Shown in pieces: positions 31,721 to 40,058 of a stretch of DNA of 64,000 nt. Position numbers and translations under genes: made by a program. The stretch's first letter is position 1, and every line of letters starts with the position of its first letter. The notes beneath the pieces were generated by a model that saw only the letters and a list, made by a program, of their open reading frames with translations, searched no databases and had not been told where the DNA came from. The DNA is from an uncultured virus (IMG/VR IMGVR_UViG_2684622652_000002) (Duplodnaviria; Heunggongvirae; Uroviricota; Caudoviricetes). The DNA lies in IMG/VR virus record IMGVR_UViG_2684622652_000002; one strand, given 5' to 3'.

Positions 31721-32064
31721 GCAAGTACCGCAAAGGAGCAGTTTATCTTCGTAAAATGAAAGCTGGCGATAAGTCTGATGATTTCCGCACCTACATGCGA
31801 ATGGCACTTTTCAGTGACAAAAAGGTCTGGAAACACCCTGAGAAGATTAAGCCAGTCGTGCTCGTTCAGCACGGTATGAAACGTGTCGTAAGCGTTTTTA
31901 TGAATATGGACGATGCTACCGGTTGCCTGTTTAGTGGATCGCTTGAAAAGCGCCGCCGCAACTCCCGGCACAATCCTCGCCGTGGTATGCGTTACACCAA
32001 AGGCGACCTCAAGAAAGCATTTCGTAAATGGGCGGTCAAGCACAAGCAGGAGGCGGATCAATGA
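31717..32064 (+). CDS. Basic hypothetical protein
   Basis: Translationally coupled ORF. Confidence 0.7.
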   Translation: MSKYRKGAVYLRKMKAGDKSDDFRTYMRMALFSDKKVWKHPEKIKPVVLVQHGMKRVVSVFMNMDDATGCLFSGSLEKRRRNSRHNPRRGMRYTKGDLKKAFRKWAVKHKQEADQ

Positions 32065-32897
32065 GTGCTGTTATAAAGCATCCTGCAATCCGCTATCACG
32101 GCGGTAAATTCCGGCTGGCGTCCTGGATTATCAGCCATTTCCCGGCGCACCGCTGTTACGTCGAGCCGTTTGGCGGCGGTGCTTCGGTATTGCTGAAAAA
32201 AGAACCATCAGAAGCGGAGGTCTATAACGACCTGGATGGTGACGTGGTGAACCTGTTCCGCGTGCTTCGTAACTCCGAATCCCGGCAAGCACTTATTGAT
32301 GCGTGTGCTTTAACACCTTATTCGCGCGGTGAATTTTGTTGCGCTTATGAACAAACCGACGACCCCATTGAACAGGCGCGGCGATTAGTTGTTCGGGCCA
32401 CTATGGGCTTCGGTAGCGCTGGCGCCACGAAGGGCAAGACAGGTTTTCGCCTCGACACCAAACGCAATAGCGCAACCGCCCAAAAAATATGGGCGCGGCA
32501 GCCAGACAATCTGGCCGCTGTTGGTAGCCGATTTGCAGGGGTCTTGATTGAGAACCGTGACGCCATTCAGTGTATGCGCGATCACGATACCGTTTCGACG
32601 CTGCATTTTGTTGATCCGCCGTATGTTCATGAAACCCGTGTCGAAACAGCAAAAAATAGCGCTTATCGATTCGAAATGACCAATGCGCAGCACGCAGAAC
32701 TGCTTAATGCGCTGAAAGAACTGCGTGGCGCTGTGATTGTCTGCGGATACAACTCCGACCTATACAACAACGCGCTGACCGGGTGGACGCGAGTGACTCG
32801 CACTACAACTGCAAATGGATCTGTCGGTTCTGTTCAACGCACGGAATGCTTATGGATTAACCCGGCAGCACAGCAAAAAAAGGAGAGTGCAGAGTGA
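32061..32897 (+). CDS. Orphan DNA adenine methyltransferase (D12/Dam-like class)
   Basis: YHGGK, YVEPFGGGAS, DPPY motifs. Confidence 0.92.
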   Translation: MSAVIKHPAIRYHGGKFRLASWIISHFPAHRCYVEPFGGGASVLLKKEPSEAEVYNDLDGDVVNLFRVLRNSESRQALIDACALTPYSRGEFCCAYEQTDDPIEQARRLVVRATMGFGSAGATKGKTGFRLDTKRNSATAQKIWARQPDNLAAVGSRFAGVLIENRDAIQCMRDHDTVSTLHFVDPPYVHETRVETAKNSAYRFEMTNAQHAELLNALKELRGAVIVCGYNSDLYNNALTGWTRVTRTTTANGSVGSVQRTECLWINPAAQQKKESAE

Positions 32898-33115
32898 TCG
32901 TTAAATGTCTCAAAGATTGCGAAGGCTGGTGGACTGAAGGTGAATCGTACCCGGCTAATGTCGTTGCTGGCGGCTTTATTCAGGTTGGCGATGATGACGA
33001 TCCGAATGGCGAAGGCTGGAGTGCGGCGCCGATGGAATATCGGGAGGATGGTTCGATCCTGTATCAGGTCGGTGGTCTTGATGGTGAAGTCATTTTTGAG
33101 GAGGCAGCTCAATGA
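32894..33115 (+). CDS. Acidic hypothetical protein
   Basis: GTGA overlap with an AAGGAG RBS. Confidence 0.65.
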   Translation: MIVKCLKDCEGWWTEGESYPANVVAGGFIQVGDDDDPNGEGWSAAPMEYREDGSILYQVGGLDGEVIFEEAAQ

Positions 33116-33627
33116 GCAACCGAATTCGCAATGCTCAGGTATTCGACGCTCGCACCGGTGAGTATCCGGTAGATATGTACATTCGCTGGATCATTGGTGG
33201 TGAACTTGATTTTGATGCCAATTATCAACGCGAGTATGTCTGGGGGCATGAAGAGCAGCAGGCATTCTTAAACGTAGTGATTTCTGGTTTTCCTATCGGA
33301 TCAGTGGCGTTGGCAAAAGCACCTGACTGGTGTTCGCGTGAACTTCCTTACATCGAAGTTGTTGATGGCAAACAGCGCCTCACCACTTTGAAAAAATTCA
33401 TCACCAATGAGATTCCAATCATCCTGGCTGATGGTCCGCTTTACTGGCGAGACATGACTCGTGCAGAGCAATTGGCATTTGGTCGTCGCCCACTCCCTGC
33501 AATTGTGCTGGATGAAGTGACATACAAGGACCGCTTGGCTTATTTCATGGCGGTGAACTTTACAGGTGTTCCGCAAAGCGAAGAGCACAAGCGACACGTA
33601 ATGCAACTAATGGAGACAGCCCAATGA
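33112..33627 (+). CDS. Stand-alone DUF262 (ParB/Srx-like, GmrS-type) domain protein
   Basis: YQREYVW, GFPIGS, VVDGKQRLTTL motifs. Confidence 0.85.
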   Translation: MSNRIRNAQVFDARTGEYPVDMYIRWIIGGELDFDANYQREYVWGHEEQQAFLNVVISGFPIGSVALAKAPDWCSRELPYIEVVDGKQRLTTLKKFITNEIPIILADGPLYWRDMTRAEQLAFGRRPLPAIVLDEVTYKDRLAYFMAVNFTGVPQSEEHKRHVMQLMETAQ

Positions 33628-33668
33628 GCTACATCGACAAACAGGCGCTGCGTATTGAGAGGGGGTGA
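33624..33668 (+). pseudogene. Remnant of an Ea22/Ead-like gene start
   Basis: Encodes MSYIDKQALR (typical Ea22-family N-terminus) then stops after 14 codons. Confidence 0.45.
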
Positions 33669-33669
33669 G

Positions 33670-33846
33670 ATGTGTAACTTCCACGAACGCAAAGTTCGTC
33701 GAACTGAATATTACCAACGTTTCGTTTTTGGCTGGAAGCTGCGTCCCTGCACGGCGTGTAACGGCAGTGGTTATTACGACCACAACGGTAGTCCGAAATG
33801 CTCGTCCTGCAATGGCACAGGCAAAGAGCGGTACAAACCAAATTAG
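33670..33846 (+). CDS. Small DnaJ-type zinc-finger protein
   Basis: CTACNGSG and CSSCNGTG repeats. Confidence 0.65.
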   Translation: MCNFHERKVRRTEYYQRFVFGWKLRPCTACNGSGYYDHNGSPKCSSCNGTGKERYKPN

Positions 33847-33898
33847 TAGAATTACGGCAGAAATTAAACGCCGCTGGCATCGGCAAGGGGGAGTGACT

Positions 33899-34192
33899 AT
33901 GTGGCGAGGATTAAATCGCGGCAGCAGTCAGATGATTCTGACTTCCTACGAATACGATCCGGAAACCGAAAAATCTCAGTCTGTTTACCTTCTACGGCAT
34001 CACAGCAAGGTTAAGAAGACCACGCTTGAACAGAAGCTGACAGTTAAGAACGACGCCTTCGGACGGTTTAAGCCTTTCGTTGAACTTGAAGATTTTCCGG
34101 AAGGGCTTAGCGAACGCGAAGCAATGCTGAAATTAGCTGACTGGCTGCACCGACTTAGTGTGGCTATCGAAGATAACTGGAGTACACCATGA
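33899..34192 (+). CDS. Hypothetical phage protein
   Basis: GGGAG RBS; 97 aa; coupled to the next gene. Confidence 0.7.
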   Translation: MWRGLNRGSSQMILTSYEYDPETEKSQSVYLLRHHSKVKKTTLEQKLTVKNDAFGRFKPFVELEDFPEGLSEREAMLKLADWLHRLSVAIEDNWSTP

Positions 34193-35415
34193 CTATTACC
34201 AAAGAACGCCTGCTCAAAATTCAGCATTGGCGCGAAACATATGGAGCTGATAGCAACGTTATGCTGCCGGCAGAAGAGGCGGCAGAGCTGGCGCGTATCG
34301 CGCTGGCATCACTGGAAGTGGCGCCAGTTGGTGAAGTTTCAGAGAAGCGGTGCGGTCTTGTTATGGATGGAACTGTAGATCTTGGTGGAAAATCAACTTA
34401 CCGCATCATTAAGGGAGAAAAAGCGATGAAGCGGTTGCCGCTGGGAACGAAGTTTTATATCGCACCGCCAGCGCCGGTAGTTGATGCCGATCCTGTTGTG
34501 TTCACCGACGAACGAAATCTTCGTCACATTGCCATGGGGCGAGAAACCTCTTTGATTTGGGGTAAACAAAACCAGGAGGTGGGAGATATCCCGCTCTATC
34601 GTCACGCCCAGCCAGTTCCGGTAGTGCCGGATGAGTGCCCGGCAAAAATTCGCGAACTGATGGCGTCCCATTCTGACGCTCTCTTCAACGATGGCGATGC
34701 ACAGGAGATATGGAACGCCTGCCGCGATGCCATTCTCAACGCCGAGCCACTGCATGCCACACCCAAAGGAAATAGACTCCGTATCGCGGAAGGTAAATTG
34801 GCTGAATATTCACTGAGCAAAAGAGAGCCTCAGCCAACGCCTGAAAGTGCAGATCGCAAGATGCTAAAACGCCTGGCCGTGATTATGTCAGGTAGTGATT
34901 CTGGCGGTGAAATATCAGCATTGACGGTAACAGCACAATCGCTGGTGGATCGCTGTAAAGCGCTAGCGCTGGATAAAGAGAAGTTGGCAGCCACTGAATC
35001 ATTGGTGTTTGAAGTCAAATGTCCTTTCCCCTATGGCTGGGGAGAGCTTAAACGTCGAACTAACCAAGATGCCCTGTTTTTTTCCGCGTATATGGTAGAG
35101 GGCGAGGAAATAACAGAGTTGCATCGAGATATTGTATCCAGAACGGTTGATCGCTTGCTTAAAGTGATTGCCGTCTGCCAGACAGATGCTTCATTTAATG
35201 GACCGACGACTTGGAACCCGGCTTCATTGGAAGAGGTTAACAAGCGAATCGTACGCGAATCTACAGGTATTCCATCCCGCGAAGCCATCATTGCTGGTGG
35301 CGTTTTGGTCCAATGCCCTCGATGCTATAACGATTCTTACCGTTTGAATGTTAATGGTCTGACTCATTATTGGTGCGACAAGTGTGCAAACTCCATTACT
35401 TCGGAGAGCAAATGA
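34189..35415 (+). CDS. Mosaic Eaa/Ead-like accessory protein
   Basis: MTITKERL start, LARIALASL, WNACR motif, C-terminal CxxC pair. Confidence 0.7.
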   Translation: MTITKERLLKIQHWRETYGADSNVMLPAEEAAELARIALASLEVAPVGEVSEKRCGLVMDGTVDLGGKSTYRIIKGEKAMKRLPLGTKFYIAPPAPVVDADPVVFTDERNLRHIAMGRETSLIWGKQNQEVGDIPLYRHAQPVPVVPDECPAKIRELMASHSDALFNDGDAQEIWNACRDAILNAEPLHATPKGNRLRIAEGKLAEYSLSKREPQPTPESADRKMLKRLAVIMSGSDSGGEISALTVTAQSLVDRCKALALDKEKLAATESLVFEVKCPFPYGWGELKRRTNQDALFFSAYMVEGEEITELHRDIVSRTVDRLLKVIAVCQTDASFNGPTTWNPASLEEVNKRIVRESTGIPSREAIIAGGVLVQCPRCYNDSYRLNVNGLTHYWCDKCANSITSESK

Positions 35416-36119
35416 CACTCATCATCCAATCCGAGGCTTATATCATTGGTATTGAGAAGGCACTAGACGATTCAGAGCGCACCGTTGGGAGCATCATCGA
35501 ACCGCAGAAAGACGGATCTACACGTGTTGTGGCTACGTTCAATGAGGCAGTAGCTTCCGTCATAGAGCAACTGGACAACAAGGTACGCGCCGCCGAACAG
35601 CGCGTAAAAGAGATGGAAGCGAAACAGCAGCATATCAGCCTGAAACCGCAGCCGCTAACACTGGCGAACGAGACGATGGACGTTGAGCGCCTGCGTGAAA
35701 TCGCTGAAGAGGACAATGGTAGCGACGTTAAGTTTGAATGCTCAGTGATGGCGCGCATGCTGCTTTCTGTGGCCCTAAACAGCGATCCAGTGGCCTATAC
35801 CGACGCGGAGGAGTTGGAGAGCCTGGAAGGAGTTGATGGGCACTCTTACGCGCACCTGTGGCCAAACTCCTACGGTTTCGGCAAAGACATTGCGCTCTAT
35901 ACCGTTCCGCAGATGATGCCGCTGCCGGTGAACATCCTGGACGATGAAACCAATCGGGACGTCTTTGAAGCCTGGGTGGCGGACTATACCGGCCATACCA
36001 AAGGCTTTGTGCGCCAGTTCCGAGTAGACGACAAATACCGTAGCGACTCGATGTGGAATAAATACTGGAACACCTGGAATGCCTGCCGCACCGCCATGCT
36101 CAACGGAGGTAAATCGTGA
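35412..36119 (+). CDS. Mosaic Ead/Eaa-like accessory protein
   Basis: PVAYTDAEEL and WNACRTAML modules. Confidence 0.65.
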   Translation: MTLIIQSEAYIIGIEKALDDSERTVGSIIEPQKDGSTRVVATFNEAVASVIEQLDNKVRAAEQRVKEMEAKQQHISLKPQPLTLANETMDVERLREIAEEDNGSDVKFECSVMARMLLSVALNSDPVAYTDAEELESLEGVDGHSYAHLWPNSYGFGKDIALYTVPQMMPLPVNILDDETNRDVFEAWVADYTGHTKGFVRQFRVDDKYRSDSMWNKYWNTWNACRTAMLNGGKS

Positions 36120-36976
36120 AAGAGAATCAAATCCGAGAACTGGTAAACGAGCTGCGTGATATTGCTATTGAGTATCACGGCACACAACAGTTACGTGAAC
36201 AAATTGCGCGTACAGTTCGTGCAGCGATAATTCAGGCCGGCAACTCTCCGGTGATCGGCATTGACATGGCATCTGAACCTGATCGCTCGGTGGATGTTCG
36301 CTACCTTGCTCCTCCTGGCTACGTGATGGTTCCTAAGGTGGTGACGCCGGAAATAGGTAACGCAATAAACGAAGTTGGTCAACGCTGCACATGTGGTAAT
36401 TGCTCGCAGCGATTATGGGATTTATTGCTTGCGTCAGCGCCGGTACAGGTAGATATTGAAATGCTGGCGTCTACGCTCAAAAATGCTCCGTTAGCACCGT
36501 CGGATAATCAGGGAAGGCCGAGAGCGCCAGTGGTGCCGCCCGCCATTGAGCCAGATTACAAGGTCATTAAAAGTATTCTGCCCACGGCCAACCCTGATGA
36601 ATATGCGTGCTGCATTGCTGCTGACATGTGGAACGCCTGCCGCGCCGCCATGCTTCAGGGTGCCGAACCTGTAAGTAATCGTGATGAGTTGCAGGTAATC
36701 GGCTGGTTGCGTAGTGATTACAACAGCGACGACAAACGCGACCCTAACGCTCCGTTGTTTATGCTGGGTAGCAATGACCCGTCAGAGACCTGGGGAGTTA
36801 AGTACATCCCGCTTTCTGGCAACTCTCCGGTAATTCCGAGTGGTTGGGTTATGGTGCCAAAAGAGCCAACTCAGGCCATGATTAAAGCGTGGCTATCAGA
36901 GGTTGCTAACTTTCGCGGTCATGCAGCCGGTTACAAGGCTGCGCTGGCAGCAGCACCACAGCGGGAGGTGAAGTGA
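36116..36976 (+). CDS. Mosaic Eaa-like accessory protein
   Basis: GNSPVI twice, WNACRAAML, GWVMVPKEPT modules. Confidence 0.7.
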   Translation: MKENQIRELVNELRDIAIEYHGTQQLREQIARTVRAAIIQAGNSPVIGIDMASEPDRSVDVRYLAPPGYVMVPKVVTPEIGNAINEVGQRCTCGNCSQRLWDLLLASAPVQVDIEMLASTLKNAPLAPSDNQGRPRAPVVPPAIEPDYKVIKSILPTANPDEYACCIAADMWNACRAAMLQGAEPVSNRDELQVIGWLRSDYNSDDKRDPNAPLFMLGSNDPSETWGVKYIPLSGNSPVIPSGWVMVPKEPTQAMIKAWLSEVANFRGHAAGYKAALAAAPQREVK

Positions 36977-37017
36977 TATTTCACCCTTCAAAATTGACCA
37001 ACATTTGCTTTAATTTA

Positions 37018-37037
37018 TACTGTATGAAAATACAGTA
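37018..37037 (+). promoter_or_regulatory. LexA (SOS) box overlapping a sigma70 promoter
   Basis: TACTGTATGAAAATACAGTA (CTG-N10-CAG); -35 TTGACC at 36994. Confidence 0.88.
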
Positions 37038-37052
37038 TTCATGGTGGCTAAA

Positions 37053-37319
37053 ATGGGTGGCAAAGTACCTAACTACCAAATCGTTTATAGAGACGAGACA
37101 CTCAATTATTTCAAGCCTGGAGGATATGTTTTCTTTCAAAGGCTTAAAGAATATGGCGGTGGTTATTGGTTAGGCAAAATTTACGAGGATGGATTCGAGT
37201 TTGTGCTTGAAAGGCCAACCTCATTAAGTGAGGGAATTAAGCATTTACTTGTTTTAAAATACGTTGAAGATGGGTATCTGGAATTTGTAGATGATATCGA
37301 CAACTTCAAGCTCCAATGA
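37053..37319 (+). CDS. Putative SOS-inducible hypothetical protein (88 aa)
   Basis: ORF immediately downstream of the LexA box; AT-rich. Confidence 0.7.
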   Translation: MGGKVPNYQIVYRDETLNYFKPGGYVFFQRLKEYGGGYWLGKIYEDGFEFVLERPTSLSEGIKHLLVLKYVEDGYLEFVDDIDNFKLQ

Positions 37320-37416
37320 TGCGATAGCTTTTAACATATCTCATGTGAAGATTATACGTTTGAATGTCATTCTGCACGTAGCTATCTGCCCATTACCAAC
37401 ACCTGAAGGATGACAT

Positions 37417-37692
37417 ATGTCAATTCAAACAACCCAGATAAAACTACTGGCGTCAGCGCTGGGTCTTAACAGAGCTGATATCGCAGAAATTATTGCGCTT
37501 GGCGGCGTCACTGTATCTAAAAGTCGCGTTGATAGCTGGTTGCGCAGCAGTTCTGCGACAAAAAATGCAACCGGGAATTCCGACCTACAGGGGCAACGAA
37601 TTAACCGGGCCGGCACGATAAAACCGGAAGAATTTCACGCTTTTTGTGTTGGACTGAAGCCGTGGCTTGACAGAGTGTCGCCAACGGAATAA
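37417..37692 (+). CDS. Small HTH-like protein (DUF1456/YehS-like) directly upstream of the CRISPR mini-array
   Basis: AAGGA RBS; LGLNRADIAEIIALGGVTVSKSRVDSWLR...FHAFCVGL pattern. Confidence 0.65.
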   Translation: MSIQTTQIKLLASALGLNRADIAEIIALGGVTVSKSRVDSWLRSSSATKNATGNSDLQGQRINRAGTIKPEEFHAFCVGLKPWLDRVSPTE

Positions 37693-37699
37693 TGTGTCC

Positions 37700-37840
37700 T
37701 TGTTCCCCACATAACGTGGGGATAACCCAGTAGTTATAGAAAATTGTTTTCTTACTGTGGTTTTGTTCCCCGCTTATGCGGGGATAAACCGGCTATATGG
37801 CCGCCTCATACGAAGTTCCCCATTTTATGGGGTAAGGTAA
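37700..37840 (+). CRISPR. Cas-less type I-E-like CRISPR mini-array (three degenerate repeats, two spacers)
   Basis: R1 TTGTTCCCCACATAACGTGGGGATAACCCA (37700-37729); R2 TTGTTCCCCGCTTATGCGGGGATAAACCG (37763-37791, 24/29 to the enterobacterial I-E repeat GTGTTCCCCGCGCCAGCGGGGATAAACCG); R3 AAGTTCCCCATTTTATGGGG (from 37813); spacers 33 and 21 nt. Confidence 0.85.
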
Positions 37841-37867
37841 AACAAGCGCTCTTCGGGGCGCTTGTTT
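37840..37867. terminator. Hairpin terminator closing the mini-array, likely bidirectional
   Basis: AAACAAGCGCTC-TTCG-GGGCGCTTGTTT. Confidence 0.8.
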
Positions 37868-37924
37868 GCTTATGGAGAGGTACAACATCATTCATTTTCC
37901 TCGGTTTTAAAACCGTATTCCCCT

Positions 37925-38497
37925 TTATCCGTTCTGCACTTCGCGGATGCGTTTAATCACGAATTCCCGAAGTTCGCTTAATGCGTTTGCTTCGTTCCCC
38001 AGCTTCGAGATAGACATCTCAAGCGCATTGCTATACCAGGCCAGTTGAGGCAGGTTCATGTGATTATGATTGAGGGTAGGTACAACCTCTACAGCCTCGT
38101 TTTTTTCCTGCGTCAACGAGAACATATTCATTTCTTCCATAGTGGCGAACTCACCCACAATAACCGGCTGGTGGTCTGGTCGCTGTGGCTGTCTAATGAG
38201 GACAAACGGCGGTTCTGTCGAGTACAGGAATGTCGGTTCAGCGCGTTTTTTTACCCATTCAGCTTGTTTCTTTTCTGCCAGTTCACAGGCTTCATCATAC
38301 GTATCAGCTACCCCCAAGAAAGAAGAGCGATCCCATGATCCGCCATTAAGACAACGCACCATAATTTTTCCGTCCGGTTGAGTAAGCCCATACGGATGGT
38401 CCCACCAGGCGTCGAGCTGGCTCTTAGAACGTTTGTCGTTTGGTGTAATGTCAAAATTTGCCGGCAGTTTAGGGTCCAATGGAATGCAGTTAGGCAT
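37925..38497 (-). CDS. Hypothetical protein (190 aa)
   Basis: Long ORF with RBS-like AAGGGA; converges on the terminator. Confidence 0.75.
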   Translation of the reverse strand: MPNCIPLDPKLPANFDITPNDKRSKSQLDAWWDHPYGLTQPDGKIMVRCLNGGSWDRSSFLGVADTYDEACELAEKKQAEWVKKRAEPTFLYSTEPPFVLIRQPQRPDHQPVIVGEFATMEEMNMFSLTQEKNEAVEVVPTLNHNHMNLPQLAWYSNALEMSISKLGNEANALSELREFVIKRIREVQNG

Positions 38498-38685
38498 AAA
38501 TATCCCTTTCCGAGAGTGTTATCCTCACAGAATACCCTGAAAAGGCTTTCTGATAACGTGAGATTCCAAACATAATTAAATAATTTGTTTGTGTTGACAA
38601 ACAAAAATGCAAGCCATTATATCGGCTACATGGCGCTAAAACAGCACCATCGCCCCGGCGCTCCGGGCACAAAAGGAAATCCATC

Positions 38686-38967
38686 ATGAAACCGATGCTC
38701 AAAGCTACCTTCTTTCCCCTCGAAAATGCCCCCTCCGTTGCAGCCAACACAGACATTACTATGCCGCTGCAAATTATCTCTGATTACATGCTGCGATTCA
38801 TGCACAACAACAAAGACGCCAAGCTTTTTGAAGCTAAAGAGCGGCTCGAAAAGAAGATTACCCTGTTTATTGCTGATGGGTACGACGAGCAGCGCCTACG
38901 CGGGGCGCTATCCGCTGCCACCAGCAGCCATACTCGCGAAGCCTTCCTCGCCGCTATTCAGTTCTGA
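38686..38967 (+). CDS. Hypothetical protein
   Basis: AAGGA RBS; alternative start at 38761. Confidence 0.6.
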   Translation: MKPMLKATFFPLENAPSVAANTDITMPLQIISDYMLRFMHNNKDAKLFEAKERLEKKITLFIADGYDEQRLRGALSAATSSHTREAFLAAIQF

Positions 38968-38969
38968 GA

Positions 38970-40058
38970 GTGAAAATGAAGAGCTTAATTATCATGGCCT
39001 GCTCTGCGACAAAGGGCAGGCAAGCAGCACCGGCAATGGACCTTTATCAAGGGGTTATGTATTCGACATTCCGTGCGAACGTTACTGCAACACGACCTGC
39101 CATTGTCATTCTGTCGGCAAAGCACGGCTTCATAGAGGCGGATCGCGTTATCGAACCCTATGAACAGCGCATGACTGAGGCGCGTGCCAATGAAATGATC
39201 GCCGAGCTGCCTGGTTTCGACTCAATAGAATGGCCCGCTGGTGTGCGCTCAATCCTGCTTGCTGGTGGGAAAACTTACCGGAAAGTGATGCTTGCTGCGG
39301 TCGAACGCCGTAAAGCACTTGGTTTGCTTGATAGCAACATCGTTATCGAACAAACGAGCGGCGGTATCGGTTATCAGCGTGCGCAGCTTGGAGCTTACCT
39401 GCGAAATCTTACACAGCGTTCTAACCGCACCAAACAGAAGCTAAAGCTCACGGAGGCGCAGGTCTTCACCCTCCGCCGGATGATGACCGGAACCAAATAT
39501 CAATTGCGGGGTGACGGTAAGAAAGCTCACGAAAACCGACCTTCGATAGAGGTTAAGCGCGGCCAATGGTTTCGTACGATTGACCCGATCAACGCACCCA
39601 GCGTGCCGGTGCTTTATCGCCTGGGGCTGGTGGACTTCGCCAATAATCGTGGTCAAGAACCCACGAAGTATTACAATGTGCGTTTGACTGACAAAGGCCT
39701 GAATGCCTTAGCGCCGGAGAACGACATGACCAAAGCCCCTGAGCAACACGACCCACGCAGCCTTAACCCTATGAAAGAAGCCGTACCCGCATCGTCGGCA
39801 ATCCATATGCGAGTCACCCCAGACCGCAAAAAGCGTTACGTTAACCAGGCAAGGGCTGAGGGACTGAAGCTAACCGACTGGATTCAGAAGCACATGGATA
39901 ACGTTTGTAATGATGCGGGGCAGCCTGACACCACAATGCACAAAGAGGTGGTGATCATCCACGGTTTGGGGCAGAAGCCCGGTAACGGTAAATGCGTGCC
40001 GTTTGAGGCGACAGAGGACAGTGGGCTGGCAAAAATGAAGGGCAAGGGTGATGAGTGA
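38970..40058 (+). CDS. Multidomain protein: DUF6884-like N-terminus and C-terminal ribbon-helix-helix-like segment
   Basis: IMACSATK...DLYQG...ILSAKHG...IEPYEQRM; IHMRVTPDRKKRYVNQARAEGLKLTDWI. Confidence 0.65.
   Translation: MKMKSLIIMACSATKGRQAAPAMDLYQGVMYSTFRANVTATRPAIVILSAKHGFIEADRVIEPYEQRMTEARANEMIAELPGFDSIEWPAGVRSILLAGGKTYRKVMLAAVERRKALGLLDSNIVIEQTSGGIGYQRAQLGAYLRNLTQRSNRTKQKLKLTEAQVFTLRRMMTGTKYQLRGDGKKAHENRPSIEVKRGQWFRTIDPINAPSVPVLYRLGLVDFANNRGQEPTKYYNVRLTDKGLNALAPENDMTKAPEQHDPRSLNPMKEAVPASSAIHMRVTPDRKKRYVNQARAEGLKLTDWIQKHMDNVCNDAGQPDTTMHKEVVIIHGLGQKPGNGKCVPFEATEDSGLAKMKGKGDE

Noticed and set aside
37381..37391. Self-target of spacer 2 upstream of the HTH gene (GCTATCTGCCC versus GCTATATGGCC)
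   Set aside because: Only 9 of 11 bases match and there is no AAG/ATG-type PAM; too weak to claim
37744..37956. 70-aa ORF over the mini-array
   Set aside because: It crosses the CRISPR-like repeats and the terminator; likely spurious
37925..38497. P1 lxr
   Set aside because: Similar size and region but no recognisable sequence similarity, and not downstream of the LexA box
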